A stretch of 63,785 bases of DNA, the filler included, from Bonamia ostreae (Eukaryota): the NCBI GenBank assembly GCA_040357525.1. It is 13 parts of 13 records of this genome, joined end to end, with 100 filler letters (N's around TTAATTAATTAA, not from the genome) between each part and the next. Parts side by side here need not be neighbours in the genome. Positions count along the whole stretch, not along the records: positions 59,005 to 63,785 come from JBDODL010000268.1; 12 more parts are not named here. One strand, given 5' to 3'. The position numbers and the translations under genes are program-made. Shown piece by piece: positions 62,001 to 63,785 of this stretch (the first letter of the stretch is position 1; each line of letters begins with the position of its first letter). The notes under the pieces were generated by a model. It did not search any database, had not been told where the DNA came from, and worked only from the letters and a program-made list of their open reading frames with translations.

Positions 62001-63785
62001 ATCGAAAATTTTGAAGAAATAATTTTTGATAATTTGGCCAAATTTCAAGATAAAAATTTTAATCAGAAAACAACTGTTTTAATGGCGGATTTCATTTTTG
62101 AATTTGCTGAAAAAATTTTTGATGATTTTCGGGATTTTTTGTTACCGATTGGTTATTTTGAAGAAGGTATTTTTATGTTTAATGACAATAAAATAGTAAA
62201 TTTTTGTTCAAAAAATTGTTACAATTTTTAAAGATAATATGCGAAAAAAAATTGAAAGTTTTTTTATTGGCGAAGATATCGATCAAATTCTTTCAAAATT
62301 AAAAAAATACCGAAAATTGATTTCGCTTGGATTGCGGTTTGATCTAAGCACTTTAAATCAGAATTCTAGTGATTTTAGGAATACTAAAAATGTTTATTTT
62401 TAAAATGCAATAACGTTAATTTGTGAAAAATGGATTTTAATTAAATAATCGAAAAAAATGGATTTTAATAAAATAATCGAAAAAAATGGATTTTAATAAA
62501 ATAATTGAAAAAAATGGATTTTAATAAAATAATCGAAAAAAAATGGATTTTAATAAAATAATTGAAAAAAATGGATTTTAATAAAATAATTGAAAAAAAT
62601 GAATTTAAATAATCGAAAAAAATAAAAGATATTTAGAATTTTAGAAACGATTCAAAACAATTCAAATATCGTCGATGAAGGAATTATAAATACGATAAAT
62701 AACAAAATCAGCGGAAAAATTTTAAAAATTGCCTTTTCACAAATTTTGGCAATATTAAAAACAGAAGACAACATTGCTAAAATTTTTAAAAATTTAGTCA
62801 AAAAATTTTGCAGTGAAAATTTTGACTTTTCTGTATTCCCATTATTGTGTCTTCAAGAGAAATATTTTTGCAGTAAAAACGCAGATTCTACGAAAGACTT
62901 TATTTTTTTGGTTTTTCTAAATATAAAAAATAAAAAAGCTAAAAATTAAAAAAAAATTAAAAACTAAAATTTAATAAAAAGCTAAAAAAGACCAATCTGA
63001 AACTAACCGAAAATACTCAAAAAGCCATCACAGAATTTAAAAGAATATCATTTTTGTGGGGAGAAACTTGTGCTGAAAAAATTGAAAATATAAAATCGGC
63101 TTTTCCCGAAGCTTTAAACCATTTTGCGGAAAATTTTGAGACTTTTAAAGATATTCCCAAAACAGACTGTGCGCTTGTTATGTCAAAAGTTTTTGAAACA
63201 ACAAAAATTATTTTAGAACTTAATGATTATCATATAACAACAAAAAGTTTGGAGCTTTTAAAAAGATTGCAACAATAATTCAAAATCTTCGAAAGAACAT
63301 TCGAAATCCAACTACTCCGTACGAAAATCGCTTTTACAGAGAAAATGGCGCTAATTTTGAAAAAGTCTACAAACTTTTTTTACAAATCGGAAAAATAATC
63401 AAACCTGACAAAATCGAGTTTAGAGAACATCTTTTGGAAGATCGCAAAGCGGAAGCCGTTCGGAAAATTGGTTTTGTGAGGAAAGAGATTTTTTCGATTT
63501 TGGATAAAATCTGTTCCAGCTACAAAAACGAACATAAATGGCAATTGCAAGACATTTCGCCATTGTTGACAAAATTGGATTTTGTAGTAGGAGGTTGGTC
63601 GGAAATGAGTGAAAGCGTAAAAGTGGCCAAAATCGATTCAAAAATTTCTTTAATGCGCACAAATCGACCCAAGAAAATTGATTTTATTGATTTTAACGGC
63701 CAAAAATTGCGTTTTTTGTTGAAATCGAAAGAAAATCTTGTCGTTGATGAAACTTTTGTACAAGTTTTTGTTTTTGCAAATCTTT
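59005..63785 (+). CDS. SMG1: SMG1-like PIKK kinase (internal fragment, both ends missing)
   Basis: LETPDCIGGILDW, RQFEEA, LWGE, QLQDISPLL, RTNRPKKIDFIDFNGQKLRFLLKSKENLVVDE (start of the PIKK kinase domain). Confidence 0.65.
62435..62625. repeat. ~29-bp intronic minisatellite (ggattttaataaaataatcgaaaaaaat)
   Basis: About six copies. Confidence 0.9.

Overview
This is not one continuous locus. It is 13 unrelated draft contigs of 4857 to 4781 bp, sorted by decreasing length and joined by 100-nt N/TTAATTAATTAA/N spacers; three further plain 100-N gaps sit in minisatellites. The DNA comes from an AT-rich, gene-dense unicellular eukaryote that uses the standard genetic code and keeps a translating mitochondrion. 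A rhizarian parasite (Ascetosporea/haplosporidian, Bonamia-like) is my inference, not a verified identification. About 40 genes can be reconstructed by hand, including Ku80, NTF2, USE1, RPS15, VTA1, WRAP53, cofilin, a K+ channel, MED7, UTP4, uS7m, H2B, actin, thioredoxin reductase, frataxin, CDPK and an SMG1-like kinase. The ORF track is fragmented because genes are split by many very small GT-AG introns (19-25 nt), mostly with an atypical GTTTT-type donor and often no polypyrimidine tract. Other highlights are a head-to-head pair of ADAM/reprolysin-like membrane pseudoproteases (HExxH replaced by YDxxY), a tandem SpoVS-domain protein, a tandem pseudokinase, a histone 3' stem-loop after H2B, Merlin/IS1595 transposase relics with a 71-bp Merlin-type MITE, and a small mitochondrial membrane protein with a CxxCH/zinc-knuckle motif. 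All homology calls are by eye from motif recognition; no searches were run.
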